A stretch of 53,660 nt of DNA, from sequence record PP952070.1; one strand, 5' to 3'. Under the pieces are notes generated by a model, which was not told where the DNA came from, made no database searches, and saw only the letters and a list, made by a program, of their open reading frames with translations. This DNA is from Staphylococcus phage Pel53. Both the position numbers and the translations under genes were made by a program. Within the stretch, counting starts at the first letter, position 1; every line of letters starts with the position of its first letter. Below are positions 26,238 to 35,893 of the stretch, in pieces.

Positions 26238-26588
26238 ATGAAAACTTTATACATTGCACTTACAATTTTGTTTGGAGTATTCGCATTCAAATCAGAAGCA
26301 TCTGTTCGCAGCTTCCAGTGTGGCGGGTACAAAATGTCCGTTGAAACAATTACAATGAGCCAGCCACTCATTGCAACAATTTCTTTGCACGAAGGTACAT
26401 GGATTGAGATTCCAGATAATGGAAATCCTAACCCAATGTCAACAGTGTTCTACAATACACAGAGCAGTAAGCTGGCCTTAGTTGGTGTTGACGCTGAGGA
26501 ACGTTTGGTGCTACAGATTTATCGTGACATTGACTTCTTTCATGCCAAATTTCCATTGTTATCAACCTATTGTAAGGAAGTTAAATGA
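26238..26588 (+). CDS. secreted/periplasmic protein with N-terminal signal peptide
   Basis: MKTLYIALTILFGVFAFKSEASV... then the mature part. RBS cactggagc. Confidence 0.5.
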   Translation: MKTLYIALTILFGVFAFKSEASVRSFQCGGYKMSVETITMSQPLIATISLHEGTWIEIPDNGNPNPMSTVFYNTQSSKLALVGVDAEERLVLQIYRDIDFFHAKFPLLSTYCKEVK

Positions 26589-26818
26589 CGTCATCTGAAT
26601 TTACCATTGATGGAGTACCATACTTACTCGAATCCAGTTGCGAATATCGCCACTGGTCAGTAATTCGCGACCGAGTAATTAAATTCTTGGAGCGAGTAGG
26701 GAAAGATGCAATTATTCTGACCACGGCCACCGCGGAAGGAACAACCGAAATCAATCGGGAGTCTGTGTCTTTTAAATTAACCATCAACCCAACAGGAAAT
26801 ACATTCCGTGAAAGTTGA
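26585..26818 (+). CDS. hypothetical protein
   Basis: 77 aa, ATGA-coupled. Confidence 0.4.
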   Translation: MTSSEFTIDGVPYLLESSCEYRHWSVIRDRVIKFLERVGKDAIILTTATAEGTTEINRESVSFKLTINPTGNTFRES

Positions 26819-27069
26819 AGAACTAGCTGACCGTCTCGCGGCAGCAAAACGAGAGCTTGCAACTCACTCAAACCGCCTTGAAACACTCAAAGGATTCGGT
26901 ACAAAAACCGAAGACATTCAGTTATTCACTGACAACATCTGGTTTTCAATGAATCGTGCGCAGTTTGTCCAAATTCAAGAAGGTCGTCTCGATGAATTGG
27001 TCAAGCGCGTAGCAGCATACGAGAATTTGCTCGTAACACTGCAAGCAACTCTGGATTTGGAGTTGGAAA

Positions 27070-27083
<14 letters not shown>
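26808..27083 (+). CDS. hypothetical coiled-coil protein (GTG start)
   Basis: 91 aa, KVEELADRLAAAKRELATHSNRLETLKG... Confidence 0.35.
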
Positions 27084-28319
<1,236 letters not shown>

Positions 28320-28327
<8 letters not shown>

Positions 28328-28559
28328 TTTAAATATTGCCAAGCTGGAGGCTGGATTGATTGTTCACCACCAGCCTCGAAACACTTTCTATCGTATTCTT
28401 GGGCCTACAAAGATTAAAACCCATTCCGGAGATTGGGTAGATGGGTTTGCTTACCAGGAAGTGAAGAAATATGGGAATCATACTTTCTTGAGTATTGATT
28501 CTTCTACTATCTACACACGACCGAAAGAGTTATTCGACTCAGATTGGAAAACACTATAG
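28320..28559 (+). CDS. hypothetical protein
   Basis: 79 aa. Confidence 0.4.
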
Positions 28560-28767
28560 TTCCAGGCGGGTTTCTTCGAAGTGCCAAGCGGGTTTTGTAC
28601 TCGCATTGGCCTTCGGCTTTAGTCTGAAACATTAGTGGGATTTGATTCTGACCTCTTAGGGAAGAAAGGCATTATACACCTATCGCCAAATGGGTGTCAA
28701 GAACTTTCTTCATTTATTTTAATTTATTCTTATTATTCTTTTTGTTTGGAATAATGGAATAATTCTG

Positions 28768-28787
28768 AAACATTAGTTGGAATTGAA
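28768..28787 (+). promoter_or_regulatory. phage promoter-like motif abutting ATG 28788
   Basis: aaacattagttggaattgaa. A weaker copy lies at 28627-28645 (aaacattagtgggatttga). Confidence 0.45.
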
Positions 28788-28964
28788 ATGATTAAAGTTC
28801 TGGAAAAAGATAACGTAACCTTCACACGCCAATGTGGGTTATGTTCCTCTGTTGTGTCTTATGTGTTCTCTGATTTAAAGATGCGCAAAGGAAAGAATGT
28901 TCGAGGATATTTCGCATACAGATTTATTTCATGTCCTGTGTGCAATACAGATATTCGACATTAG
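28788..28964 (+). CDS. 58-aa CxxC...CxxC zinc-ribbon protein
   Basis: MIKVLEKDNVTFTRQCGLCSSVVSYVFSDLKMRKGKNVRGYFAYRFISCPVCNTDIRH. Its stop TAG is embedded in the next promoter motif. Confidence 0.45.
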   Translation: MIKVLEKDNVTFTRQCGLCSSVVSYVFSDLKMRKGKNVRGYFAYRFISCPVCNTDIRH

Positions 28965-28981
28965 TTGGAATTGAAGAAACA
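28957..28981 (+). promoter_or_regulatory. phage promoter-like motif followed by about 600 bp with no convincing ORF
   Basis: cgacattagttggaattgaagaaac. Downstream there is only a 24-codon ORF (29018-29092), then a GGCCaaagGGCC hairpin. Confidence 0.45.
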
Positions 28982-29599
28982 ACATCAGATAAGGACTTTG
29001 GAGGAGGCCGCCATTGGCAATGAGCCTTAATATATCCAAACCAAAGTTCTTTTCGATGGAATGTTTCCATCAAAATACATTTCTATTAACCTAGGCCAAA
29101 GGGCCGAATAGTTTCCACGATAGATTGAAATTCGCTATATTGTGGTCGATGTATTGGGATGAATTGGTACTGAATAAGCAAGCTGTTAGGGCTGAATAAT
29201 TAGAGGGTTATGCCTCATGCTTATGTTAGTCATTCGAAAATAGGTTTGTGTCACAAGCCGCTGGTGCTCCGAGGAAGTCGGACAAACAGGGCTTAGAGTG
29301 GCATAATCCGCACAAAACCAAGCCACCAGCTACGCCAACGCTGGGATTTGGGTGAATGTATTGGGAAGGGTTATAAAGCCTCTGCGACACGCCTGAGCCG
29401 TAAGGCGACAACACTCATGTGATTAGCGTATCGCACCCTAACGGGAGTAACCCTTCACCAATGCAGTTATCCAGAATTGACACAAACGGTAGGCAGTGGC
29501 CTGATTTTCGGCCTTCCTGCGCTACTCTGTGGTCTGTTTCATGGGCCAAAAGATAAGAAGAGAAGTCACAAACACTGAATCGAAAATTGGAGAGTTCCT

Positions 29600-29890
29600 A
29601 TGATTCGCAAACATTCTATCCGGGTCATTAAGGCCCGGAATGTCCACACAGGAGAGATGGAAGCATTCGCTTTCTTGGGTGGAAGGTTTTATTTATTTGG
29701 CTGGGAAGTAAGCAATTCAGAGTTTAAATTCTTTATGGATATGTATTCGATTAAAGAGTTGTTAAACAATGCAACCTACGGACCATCCTTCATGGAATAT
29801 TGTTTCGGCAAGCCAGTCGAGCATCTTCTGTCCAAATCCTTTATCTACAGCTGGACAACAAACCAGCCAATGTATGGAGTTCCATTTTGA
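29600..29890 (+). CDS. hypothetical protein
   Basis: 96 aa with RBS aattggagag. Confidence 0.5.
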   Translation: MIRKHSIRVIKARNVHTGEMEAFAFLGGRFYLFGWEVSNSEFKFFMDMYSIKELLNNATYGPSFMEYCFGKPVEHLLSKSFIYSWTTNQPMYGVPF

Positions 29891-30177
29891 ACTTACAAGA
29901 CAAATCCAAAGAAGAGTTGATTGAGATTATCCAGAAAGAGCACGAACTCGCTGGCATCACAATCAACTTTGAACTCCAGGCAATGCAAGCTGTTGCTTTG
30001 GGTCATGGCCTAATGGCTACACTCATTCATGCCAAGAATGTGTTAGGCGTTAACGACGAAAAATATCAAATCATTGAGAAAGCTGCGCAAGAGCGGATTT
30101 CGCAGTGCTTGGTTACATTAGTTGATTTAGGAATTGATGCAGAAACTGCAAATAATCGAATCCTAAGAGGCCACTGA
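29887..30177 (+). CDS. hypothetical protein (TTG start overlapping previous stop)
   Basis: About 96 aa, LNLQDKSKEELIEIIQKEHELAG... The track ATG at 29800 overlaps the previous gene for 90 nt. Confidence 0.35.
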   Translation: MNLQDKSKEELIEIIQKEHELAGITINFELQAMQAVALGHGLMATLIHAKNVLGVNDEKYQIIEKAAQERISQCLVTLVDLGIDAETANNRILRGH

Positions 30178-30178
30178 T

Positions 30179-30670
30179 ATGTTAACACAATCCAGATTAA
30201 GGGAAGTTCTCATATATAACCTGGAGTCTGGACTGTTTACTTGGAAGATATCACTAAGATATGGTGATGCTGGAAAGGTTGCAGGAACTCTGGATAAAGA
30301 TGGCTACATAACCATAAGGATTGATGGCCGTCTATACAGGGCGAACAGACTTGCATTCTTATATGTCCTTGGAAGATTTCCAAACGGTGTTGCAGACCAT
30401 ATAGACCAAGTGGTTACAAACAATGCTTGGAATAATCTAAGGGAAGCAACCTGCGTAACCAACGGCTACAATAGGAAGAACAGTTCAAACAATACGTCTG
30501 GAGTAAAGGGCGTGTATTGGGACAAGGTTCGGAATAAGTGGGTTGCAAGAATTTCGGTGAACAAGCGAAGATTAGTTGTTGGTGAATTCAACAAACTATC
30601 TGATGCAGAGGCTGCAATAGTATCTGCGAGAAACAAATATCACGGAGAATTTGCTAATCATGGCCTTTGA
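30179..30670 (+). CDS. HNH homing endonuclease with AP2-type DNA-binding domain (paralog 1)
   Basis: DHIDQVVTNNAWNNLR...N (HNH core) and NSSNNTSGVKGVYWDKVRNKWVARISVNKRRLVVGEFNKLSDAEAAIVSARNKYHGEFA (AP2). Four paralogs in the window. Confidence 0.75.
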   Translation: MLTQSRLREVLIYNLESGLFTWKISLRYGDAGKVAGTLDKDGYITIRIDGRLYRANRLAFLYVLGRFPNGVADHIDQVVTNNAWNNLREATCVTNGYNRKNSSNNTSGVKGVYWDKVRNKWVARISVNKRRLVVGEFNKLSDAEAAIVSARNKYHGEFANHGL

Positions 30671-31331
30671 AGATGATAAGGAAATTGCGTTACAAATTTG
30701 TAAGCAATGGTTAATTGATAATGATGCATCCTACCTCGCCAAGGAAGATGTAATTATTATGTGGGTACATTTCAACCCAGAGTCCAAAAGAGGCGAGTAT
30801 CAAAGATACAAACTTAAAGAGGCTTGCCGCATTATTAAGGCAACTCGTGCCGGACTTGCTGCAATGAAATACATCCGGCCAGAGATGCTGATGCTTGCTG
30901 CACAGGAAGAAGAACGTGCATATAAGCAAGCTGTTAAATCCCGTTCAACTGTTCCTCCAGAGTTCTTTAATTTGGAGCGCGCTGGTCACTTCAACAATTT
31001 AGAAATGTTGACGCTGTGCCTATTGCAAGAATTAGTTGGAAGAGGACAAAACATTGAAGCTGTTTGCCTTGGGGAACTCGTGAAAGAGTTGTTCTTGACA
31101 AAGGGCTTTGCTGTACCTAATCGCACACTTCGTTGGAAACTGCTTCGTGCTGTTGAAAGTGAAGCTGGTGTGATTATCCGTGACCGAACCAACCGCATGA
31201 CCGTAACAGGTGTGGGACGTTTTGTTGCGATTCAAATCGAGGGTATTGACGACTCGATTACAACTGAACTCACTGTCGCTGAGACAAAGGATTTAGTGAT
31301 TAAATCAATCGAACGATTCAATATGTATTGA
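30660..31331 (+). CDS. hypothetical protein (223 aa)
   Basis: ATG 30660 overlapping the HNH stop. No domain recognised. Confidence 0.45.
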   Translation: MAFEDDKEIALQICKQWLIDNDASYLAKEDVIIMWVHFNPESKRGEYQRYKLKEACRIIKATRAGLAAMKYIRPEMLMLAAQEEERAYKQAVKSRSTVPPEFFNLERAGHFNNLEMLTLCLLQELVGRGQNIEAVCLGELVKELFLTKGFAVPNRTLRWKLLRAVESEAGVIIRDRTNRMTVTGVGRFVAIQIEGIDDSITTELTVAETKDLVIKSIERFNMY

Positions 31332-31360
31332 GTTGTTTGTTAAATCAGAGCAGTCCTGAC

Positions 31361-31381
31361 ACATTAATTGGATGTGAAAAG
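31361..31381 (+). promoter_or_regulatory. phage promoter-like motif
   Basis: acattaattggatgtgaaaag, 75 bp upstream of ATG 31456. Confidence 0.45.
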
Positions 31382-31455
31382 AGAAAGGCTCTTTAATTTT
31401 ATCTACAGTCACGTCACCGTGGCGTGCAAAACTATTTAATATAAGGTATATACAA

Positions 31456-31794
31456 ATGGCTAAGATTGTAACCGTAACTCAGTACGAAGCTAACGATGGT
31501 TCCCTGTTCCTGAGCGAAGCTGAGTGTAACGCACACGATTTTAAACTGGAAAACGGCGCTAAAATTGATGCTGCTGTTGAAGCGTTCGCAAACACCAACA
31601 AACTGATTGACCGTTCTCGCTCAATGCAGACCAACACCGCTGCTGCATTCCTGGCATTCTATCTGCCGTGGGTTGAAGCTGGTTGTCCGGAAGTTGAACG
31701 TGTTGCGTTCGACACCGTGAAAGAAGTTAAGGTCGAAGAAGAAGCTGCTGTTGCAGTAGCAGAAGCTGCTGTTGAAGAAGCTCCGGTATTCTAA
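31456..31794 (+). CDS. abundant-looking acidic early protein (112 aa), host-optimised codons, C-terminus EEAPVF
   Basis: Uses almost exclusively ctg/ccg/cgt/gaa/aac/ttc codons. Estimated net charge about -11. Strong RBS taaggtatatacaaATG. Confidence 0.55.
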   Translation: MAKIVTVTQYEANDGSLFLSEAECNAHDFKLENGAKIDAAVEAFANTNKLIDRSRSMQTNTAAAFLAFYLPWVEAGCPEVERVAFDTVKEVKVEEEAAVAVAEAAVEEAPVF

Positions 31795-31911
31795 GTTGCC
31801 AAGAGCAAACTTGAGAAGCTAAGCTAAATCGATCTGGCATGCACTGGAAGTTGTCCGGTGCTGCCTTGAACCCATTCTGAAATGAAGAGTGGGCTTCAAT
31901 AACATTATTTT

Positions 31912-32370
31912 TTGAGTGGTGTTATCGAAGTGAATAAACAAACTGCATATAACATAGCCAAGATATCCAAAATGACTTGGTACAGACATAACCAAGGATA
32001 CTTCTTCAACCACATAACAACTGGTGGGAAGAGGTTTATGGTTATGCGGCATGTGCTAAACTTCTATATGGCACACGGCTGGATTCCAGATTTTGTCGAC
32101 CACATAGACAACATACCTGGCAATGACGACCCAAGCAATTTACGTGCTGCCACAAAGTCACAGAACGCACACAACTCCAAAGTGAGGTCAGACAACTCTT
32201 CTGGAGTAAAAGGTGTGAGCTGGAATAAACAGTATTCCAAGTGGTATGTGGAAGTTAAACTGCATGGTAAGAAGCACTTCGGAGGGAGATTCCTCGAACT
32301 TGCTGATGCCAAACGTGCGGTAGAAAATTTACGCAAATCGCTACACGGCGAATTTGCAAGACAGAAGTAG
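31912..32370 (+). CDS. HNH-AP2 homing endonuclease (paralog 2)
   Basis: DHIDNIPGNDDPSNLRAATKSQNAHN and NSSGVKGVSWNKQYSKWYVEVKLHGKKHFGGRF..AKRAVENLRKSLHGEFA. Confidence 0.75.
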   Translation: MSGVIEVNKQTAYNIAKISKMTWYRHNQGYFFNHITTGGKRFMVMRHVLNFYMAHGWIPDFVDHIDNIPGNDDPSNLRAATKSQNAHNSKVRSDNSSGVKGVSWNKQYSKWYVEVKLHGKKHFGGRFLELADAKRAVENLRKSLHGEFARQK

Positions 32371-32901
32371 TTTTCTGAGTCTTACGACGGGCCTAAACTG
32401 CCTGAAGTTATTGCGACTGTTTTAAACACTAAACACAAGTGCAAATGATTCTGAAATGCGAGTTGCAGCTTAATTAAATTTAAGTTCTCTCCGTGGTCTT
32501 CCAATCCCATGTAACCAAATTTGGCGCATTGTGGCTTCGAGATGTGATTAATAAATCGGAGCATTAATTAATTTGTATTCTGCGATGTAATGCAGACTTA
32601 AGTCCCTCAGTGCGCGTAGGGATGTGACAGAGTGCAAACTTAATTCATTTAAAGTGAATTGCCCTGAGCATGGACATAAACTGCTCTAACCAGTGGTTTC
32701 CACAACGGTGGAATAAATTAGGTTGCCTGTTGGTACTTGGGTTCAACACCTGCTTGCACTCGCAAAGTAGTGCCTCGTACCTGAGATGAAGTGAGTCGGG
32801 ACCATCAATCCCACGTTATGTCAAAACACAGTAGATGACTCACAGATTCTACAAGCCTCGCAGTTCGGGAAAACCTGCGTTACCAAAACCCACCTTATTT
32901 T

Positions 32902-32994
32902 GGACGAGTAGCTCAGAAGGTCTGCTCCAGAGCTTAGTCAGGTAGAGCAATCTGTTCGACAGATGTGTCGTTGGTTCGAATCCAACCTCGTCCA
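32902..32994 (+). tRNA. atypical tRNA gene: canonical acceptor, T arm and anticodon-like arm, but a 21-nt extra segment within the D-arm region. Possible tRNA-Arg(UCG)-like or pseudo-tRNA
   Basis: GGACGAG...CTCGTCC acceptor pairing, GTTGG-TTCGAAT-CCAAC T arm, discriminator A. TAGCTCAG[AAGGTCTGCTCCAGAGCTTAG]TCAGGTAGAGC gives a canonical D arm only if the bracketed 21 nt are removed. Anticodon stem ATCT/AGAT with loop GTTCGAC. CCA not encoded. Confidence 0.5.
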
Positions 32995-33020
32995 CCCTTA
33001 ACAACAAACATGGAGTCCTT

Positions 33021-33161
33021 ATGGATTTTGATGCATTAGACAATTTGGACTTCGGTGCTGCCGAAGAAGCAATTGAAGAACTTAAGAAGAAGCAGGACGA
33101 AGAAGCAATCGTTCCTGGTGCTGGCGATAACGACTGCTCAAGTGGTGCGTGTGCCATCTAA
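33021..33161 (+). CDS. 46-aa acidic peptide ending CSSGACAI
   Basis: MDFDALDNLDFGAAEEAIEELKKKQDEEAIVPGAGDNDCSSGACAI with RBS catggagtcc. Function unknown. Confidence 0.3.
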   Translation: MDFDALDNLDFGAAEEAIEELKKKQDEEAIVPGAGDNDCSSGACAI

Positions 33162-33169
33162 GGTGATTC

Positions 33170-33394
33170 ATGCAACAGCTTAAGTCAATATTTCTTGGCG
33201 TCTTGACTGCATTGGGCATTCTCGTTGCAGTGTTCCTCAAAGGTAAAAGCTCAAGCGTCAGGAAAGCCAAAGAGAAGCAACTTGATTCGTTAAAAGAATC
33301 TATCGAGATTAAATCGCATGTTCAGAAAGGAGTGTCTAGCAGTTCTGATAGCAATGTCGATAGTGAGTTGCTCTCAAAGTGGGTTCGTAAGTGA
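33170..33394 (+). CDS. i-spanin (Rz-like): N-terminal TM plus charged coiled-coil periplasmic domain
   Basis: MQQLKSIFLGVLTALGILVAVFLKGK then KEKQLDSLKESIEIK.... The o-spanin gene starts inside it in another frame. Confidence 0.6.
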   Translation: MQQLKSIFLGVLTALGILVAVFLKGKSSSVRKAKEKQLDSLKESIEIKSHVQKGVSSSSDSNVDSELLSKWVRK

Positions 33395-33527
33395 CTATTG
33401 CTTGATTGCACAACCAATATATTTGGATGTTGCAGAAGTAAAAGTTTTGTCACGCGAAACCAAAACACAGATTTTAGTCCACAATGAAACGTGGGCACAA
33501 AAGTGTTCGAAACTTACCCGACAGTGA
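33318..33527 (+). CDS. o-spanin (Rz1-like outer-membrane lipoprotein), overlapped architecture
   Basis: Signal plus lipobox LAVLIAMSIVSC followed by a short mature domain. Starts within the i-spanin gene in a different frame. Confidence 0.6.
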   Translation: MFRKECLAVLIAMSIVSCSQSGFVSDYCLIAQPIYLDVAEVKVLSRETKTQILVHNETWAQKCSKLTRQ

Positions 33528-34503
33528 GTGAACAAATGCTCGCCATCGCATCAACATTTGGCAGTCCGGTACGGGACTTTAAATACACGTACAATATAGT
33601 CGAGGGAGTGCGCGACTTTAAATAACGAGACTCTAGCTACTTGTAGCGTTGGTGGTGTAATCCCATGCGTTTGGAAGTAGGACTCCAACTCAAACAAGCC
33701 TACAAATTGCTCTGGGCATAACAATTGAAATTGCTGCCTCCGAGGACGGAAGCCCCGTAGTGAACGCGAGAAGTTCAGGTGGTCACTTCCTAGAACAGTG
33801 TCCGTATTTACCGCGATAAGGGAGCTTGGGAACGGTAGCCCTGTCTTGTCAGCATTAATGACACGTTGGCCGCGTAAAGGCCACAGCGTCTGACCAACGT
33901 ATCGGTCACCAAATTCAAAGGATTCGTAGAGTTAATGAAACCTGCACTACTGGATGGGGATGTAGCATCCGAGTCCGACTGTGTAATTGTGAACGTGGAG
34001 TTCACCGAATCCGCCAAATCAATGGGCTAGTGCAAATGTCAGTCACTAGAAGATGTGTTGCAAAACGTCTTCCATAATGTGCAAAATGTCAGTCACGTGC
34101 CCACCACTTTCCTAATAGTTTTGCGTCTATTCAAAACGCAATAAGAAGCGTCTGGCATACCGTAGCGATACGGCTCAGTTGCGCTGATTGTGATGTGTCG
34201 AAAGAAAGTTCAGGCTTTTGTTTGAGTTCCTCCTCATCTCGAAGTTAGCTGGATTCAAAATCCAGACTATGTTCCTATTCACATGAAATATGCAAGCCAG
34301 GGTTCTTAATATCTGACATAGGTATTAAGCGGGTTTATACTTTTCCCCGATGGTCCCCATAAACAAGGTTGATTCACTTGGGCGGTTCGAATCAAATTTA
34401 ATAAGTGTCTTGGCCGCAGTGGAAACATCATTTAAGCCAATATATTGTAATGTTCGTAATAGTCCACGTCAGGGCACTTACTTAAATTTAACTGGAGAGA
34501 AAC

Positions 34504-34725
34504 ATGAAAACTGCTGAAATTGCCGAAGAGATTTACAAGGCTGTAATAGCCAGCCAAATTACCAGTGAAGTCCTGCATATGGATATTGAAGAAGTTCGCA
34601 ATGCCTTTGGTGGTTTTGCAATCTTGTCAATAGAAGCTGCGGAAGCACTGACAAACACGTACAACCATCGCGAATATGAAAAGCGTTCTGTACTAAATGC
34701 GTCTTTACAGGCGTCATTGAAATAA
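34504..34725 (+). CDS. hypothetical protein
   Basis: 73 aa with RBS ctggagagaaac. Confidence 0.45.
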   Translation: MKTAEIAEEIYKAVIASQITSEVLHMDIEEVRNAFGGFAILSIEAAEALTNTYNHREYEKRSVLNASLQASLK

Positions 34726-34765
34726 TACCATTATCATGGTGCGGAGCTAATTAATCTCCCACCAT

Positions 34766-35236
34766 ATGAACCGGAGTCCAACATTGACCAAGCTGTCCAA
34801 GAAGTTTGTGTTAGACTGTGCTGCAAAAAGGTTTGACCAAATCAATTGGACTTGCAGTGGCAGATATGCGAGAACGGCAATATACCTTGGTGGAAGACAC
34901 TACAGTGTATGTAGGCACGTACTTGTATTCTACATGCACACAGGAAAGGTTGTTGACAAAGTTGACCATATTGATGGAAACACCTTCAACGATGTTCCAG
35001 GCAATTTGCGGGAAGCAACTCAACTTCAAAATTGCCACAACAGAAAGATAAACTCCAACAACTCGTCCGGAGTCAAAGGTGTGCACAAAGATTCCAGAGG
35101 GAAATTTGTTGCAAGATTGCGGGTGGGAAATGGTAAAAGAATTTTCATAGGCAACTTCGATAAGCTAGAGGATGCCGAAATAGCTATTAACAAGGCCAGA
35201 ACATTATATCACGGAGAATATTCAAACAATGGCTAA
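34766..35236 (+). CDS. HNH-AP2 homing endonuclease (paralog 3)
   Basis: DHIDGNTFNDVPGNLREATQLQNCHN and NSSGVKGVHKDSRGKFVARLRVGNGKRIFIGNF..AEIAINKARTLYHGEYS. Confidence 0.75.
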   Translation: MNRSPTLTKLSKKFVLDCAAKRFDQINWTCSGRYARTAIYLGGRHYSVCRHVLVFYMHTGKVVDKVDHIDGNTFNDVPGNLREATQLQNCHNRKINSNNSSGVKGVHKDSRGKFVARLRVGNGKRIFIGNFDKLEDAEIAINKARTLYHGEYSNNG

Positions 35237-35888
35237 ACAAATTACTGTCGCACTTGTAGATAGTATGGGAAGCGACCTAACAACTGTTAATGCTGCGCGA
35301 GTTTCTTACGGTGCAGAGTCCCACGAAATGTCACTGCGCGACGAGAAGTTGATTGAATTTCTTGCCAAGCATAAACACATTACGCCGTTCCGTCATGCAC
35401 AGGTAACTCTTCGTTGCAAAGCTCCAATCTTCATTGCACGTCAACTTGGCAAACACCAAACTGGTTTTAGTTGGAATGAGGTTAGCCGTCGTTACAAAGA
35501 TGGCGAAGCAATTTCAATCGAATGCTTTGTTCCGGAAACTGTGTTTGCACGTCCTCAGAAATTGATGACCCAGACTGCACAAGCTGTTGAGCCAGAAGTG
35601 GCAAAAGCAGTCTCAGAAATTATTGAGTATGCGAATCGTCGGGCTGTCCGAGAATATGAGTCATTAGTTGGATTGGGTGTTGCTCCAGAACAAGCTCGTA
35701 TGGTTCTGCCACAATCCATGATGACTGAATGGGTTTGGACTGGTTCTCTTTATGGCTGGGCATCCATGTATAATCAACGTTCCTCCGAACATGCGCAGTA
35801 TGAAGTTCGCTTGTTTGCGGAAGAAGTGAATAAAATTATGTCAGAACTATTTCCGGTTTGCTGGAAGGCTTTGACCAATCAGGAATAA
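35229..35888 (+). CDS. thyX: flavin-dependent thymidylate synthase ThyX
   Basis: ThyX signature: FRHAQVTLRCKAPIFIARQLGKHQTGFSWNEVSRRY (RHR...S...R-like motif) plus a C-terminal conserved Arg. 219 aa. Confidence 0.7.
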   Translation: MAKQITVALVDSMGSDLTTVNAARVSYGAESHEMSLRDEKLIEFLAKHKHITPFRHAQVTLRCKAPIFIARQLGKHQTGFSWNEVSRRYKDGEAISIECFVPETVFARPQKLMTQTAQAVEPEVAKAVSEIIEYANRRAVREYESLVGLGVAPEQARMVLPQSMMTEWVWTGSLYGWASMYNQRSSEHAQYEVRLFAEEVNKIMSELFPVCWKALTNQE

Positions 35889-35893
35889 TATAA

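Noticed and set aside
29226-29414. Minus-strand 62-codon ORF in the ORF-free segment downstream of the 28957 promoter
   Set aside because: Wrong strand relative to all other genes, no RBS, and the composition is not protein-like (MLSPYGSGVSQRLYNPSQYIHPNPS...).
32902-32994. Group I intron inside the tRNA
   Set aside because: The extra segment is only about 21 nt and lies in the D arm, not the anticodon loop. Group I introns are an order of magnitude longer.
32849-33157. Minus-strand 102-codon ORF overlapping the tRNA
   Set aside because: It overlaps a structured RNA gene, and it is on the strand that carries no other convincing gene.
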